Notes under the pieces: generated by a model
What the model was told of the DNA's origin: nothing
Database searches by the model: none
Seen by the model: only the letters and a program-made list of their open reading frames with translations
Translations under genes and position numbers: made by a program
In this document: piece after piece, positions 35,560-37,628 of the stretch
How the letters are laid out: every line of letters starts with the position of its first letter
Numbering within the stretch: the stretch's first letter is position 1
NCBI RefSeq assembly: GCF_001194135.2
Contig: NC_068987.1
Coordinates: 107,245,745 to 107,283,372 of the forward strand
Origin: Octopus bimaculoides
Lineage: Eukaryota
Direction of reading: 5' to 3'
DNA length: 37,628 nucleotides

Positions 35560-35760
35560 TAAACTAGAAGTAGGTTGTTGTACTCCCGATCGCGAGATTG
35601 TAGATTCAATTTTTGGAACGGGTAGTACCTTGTGTTCTTGAGTAAAAATCCTCATCTCACGGTGCCCTGCGATTGCCTCGACAAACACCTGCCGCGTGGT
35701 ATAACACACACCTGTTCCAGGTTACGTCGATTTAATGGAGAGAGTGAGCAAATGAACAGT
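35560..35760 (+). mobile_element. Possible third tRNA-derived SINE family, diverged
   Basis: B-box-like gattcaatt followed by ttgtgttcttgagtaaaaatcctcatctcacg, a typical SINE post-head arrangement. Single copy in the window. Confidence 0.35.
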
Positions 35761-35849
35761 ACAGACATTTGTTCACTATAAACAAATCATTCGTGCATGA
35801 TTAGCAACAAATTGCAGACCGTCTTACCATTTTTTCAAACTACCAGACC

Positions 35850-35888
35850 ACCACCAACAAAAACAACAACTACAACGCCATCATCATT

Positions 35889-35928
<40 letters not shown>
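35850..35928. repeat. (CCA)/(CAA)/(CAT)n compound microsatellite
   Basis: Read directly. Confidence 0.9.
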
Positions 35929-36974
35929 GCTATCTCTCGTTGTCTTTCTTTTTATTTGTTAATTAAATGCGAAATATATTTATTATGCATAGAAGTTTTA
36001 ACTAATATATGTTGTTGTTTAAATAAACAACACTGTTGTTAAGGCAAGAACAAAAACAGGAAATCATTTGACGACAGATAATATACCGACGATGTATTGG
36101 CTCGCGAAGTAATTTACGTTACAGCAAAATGAAAAAGGCAGTAAAAACTAAAAGCAAAGCGTTTGTCACACACGCCATAACGATGAATATACCTGGACGC
36201 TAAACGTAGAGAACAGAACGAGGTATTTGGAGAAGTGACAAGAGCGACGGAATGATCAGTATCAAGCGCAAGAATAAAATCTACGTATATAGCCTATAGT
36301 TATTCCTACTTGTACATCAAGACACATTCACACACTCACATACGTGGACATACGCCCCTATACTCACCTACACACACAAAAAAAAACACGTACGCTCATA
36401 CATAAGCAGACGATCACATATTTAGAACAAGAACACACGTGCTACAACCTCATTAATTTGATAATATAAAGAAACCTAGCCAGACATGTAAATTGAATTA
36501 GGTCTAGCAAATACAAAATTTTCCCCGCACCGAAGATTGTATAACTTTCTATGAAAGTTTTAGTGACGATGCAAATACAAATGAATTAATGTATTAACAA
36601 TACTTCTACATCCACATATATATTTGCGTTTATATTTTTAGATAACTACTTGGTTGCATAATAAATTCTGAACTGCTGTTATATTTAGTCGTTAATTATT
36701 ACTTCTATAGACTGCACATGTCAGCAGATGGAAAGAGAAATGACTCTTAACAGTCTTGATCATTGAATTCAACAGTAACATATCATGCATCGAAAAGTTC
36801 TTCCATAAAATTCTTCAATTGTGTAAGTAAGTGACAAGGCAGATTTAGAGATCTTTCAAATTCTAAATATATTTTGAAATTACTGTGGTGATATACAAAT
36901 GGTGACCACAGGAACGTCGGTTGTGCAGCAGCAAAACCATGTAGTTTATCTTTTATCACTCTCTATCCTTTACT

Positions 36975-37185
36975 TCTCTCTATCATTGAACTGCGGCCAT
37001 GCTGGGGTACCACCTCGAGAAGTATTAGTTGAACAGATCGATAGCAGTACTCACTATATATTTTGAAATCTGGCATTTATTCTAGTGGTTACTTTTGCTG
37101 AACTGTCAGCTTATGGGTGGTAAACAAACCAATACCGGTTGTCAAGTGGTGGTGGAGGACATACAAAAGCACAAAGACAAAACCA
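36975..37185 (-). mobile_element. SINE family B 3' half
   Basis: ctgcggccatgctgggg...aaaccaataccggttgtcaagtggtggtgg is the reverse complement of the family B 3' half; it runs into a TA/TG block where the internal microsatellite lies. Confidence 0.75.
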
Positions 37186-37278
37186 TACATATATGCATAC
37201 ATACATATATAATTTATATGCACACATATATACATAGTAATATGTATAGATGTATATGTATGCATATATATATATGTG

Positions 37279-37323
<45 letters not shown>

Positions 37324-37628
37324 ATATAGAGAGAGAGAGGTTATGAGAGGCAATGACGCCAATAAGACACAAAGATGTCAGGTAATGCTGAGTGAGTGCT
37401 ATGGATAGATAATAGTTAAGCTCCAGGTTCGATCATTATGCGTATAAGGAGTCCAAGGTAGGCCGTATATCAGCAGGTGTATATATATAATTTTTTTTTT
37501 TTCAGAATGTGATGAAGAAAACCAAGGCTATGAAGATTTTACAACATTCATAAATGTTCTAAAATCTTCGCAGCCTTGGGGTTTTTTTATGTCATTCTGA
37601 AAAGAAATTTTGGTATATATATATATAT

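Overview
This is AT-rich, microsatellite-dense eukaryotic non-coding DNA with six N-gaps, mostly next to (TA)n/(CT)n runs. The SINE families and repeat density fit an octopus (coleoid cephalopod) intron or intergenic region; that taxon call is my recognition, not a database result. I find no intact host protein-coding gene, rRNA, true tRNA gene or CRISPR array, and most ORF-track entries are microsatellite or gap artefacts. The window is a layered record of mobile elements: about 12 pieces of one tRNA-derived SINE family (family A, two alternative 3' tails, several with target-site duplications), several pieces of a second SINE family (B), three fragments of R4/Dong-type non-LTR retrotransposons (two ending in (AAT)n), two badly decayed RTE-like reverse-transcriptase remnants, a TIR-bounded MITE-like element and a small foldback element. 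The best leads are (i) an inverted pair of a ~160-bp repeat at 29.4-30.1 kb whose two copies together reconstruct a minimal Penelope-type hammerhead ribozyme, and (ii) apparent SINE dimers whose junction matches the target site of a monomer, suggesting insertion into the family's own A-box. Neither is proven, and I cannot support a wholly new biological system here. Repeat boundaries were set by eye and are approximate.
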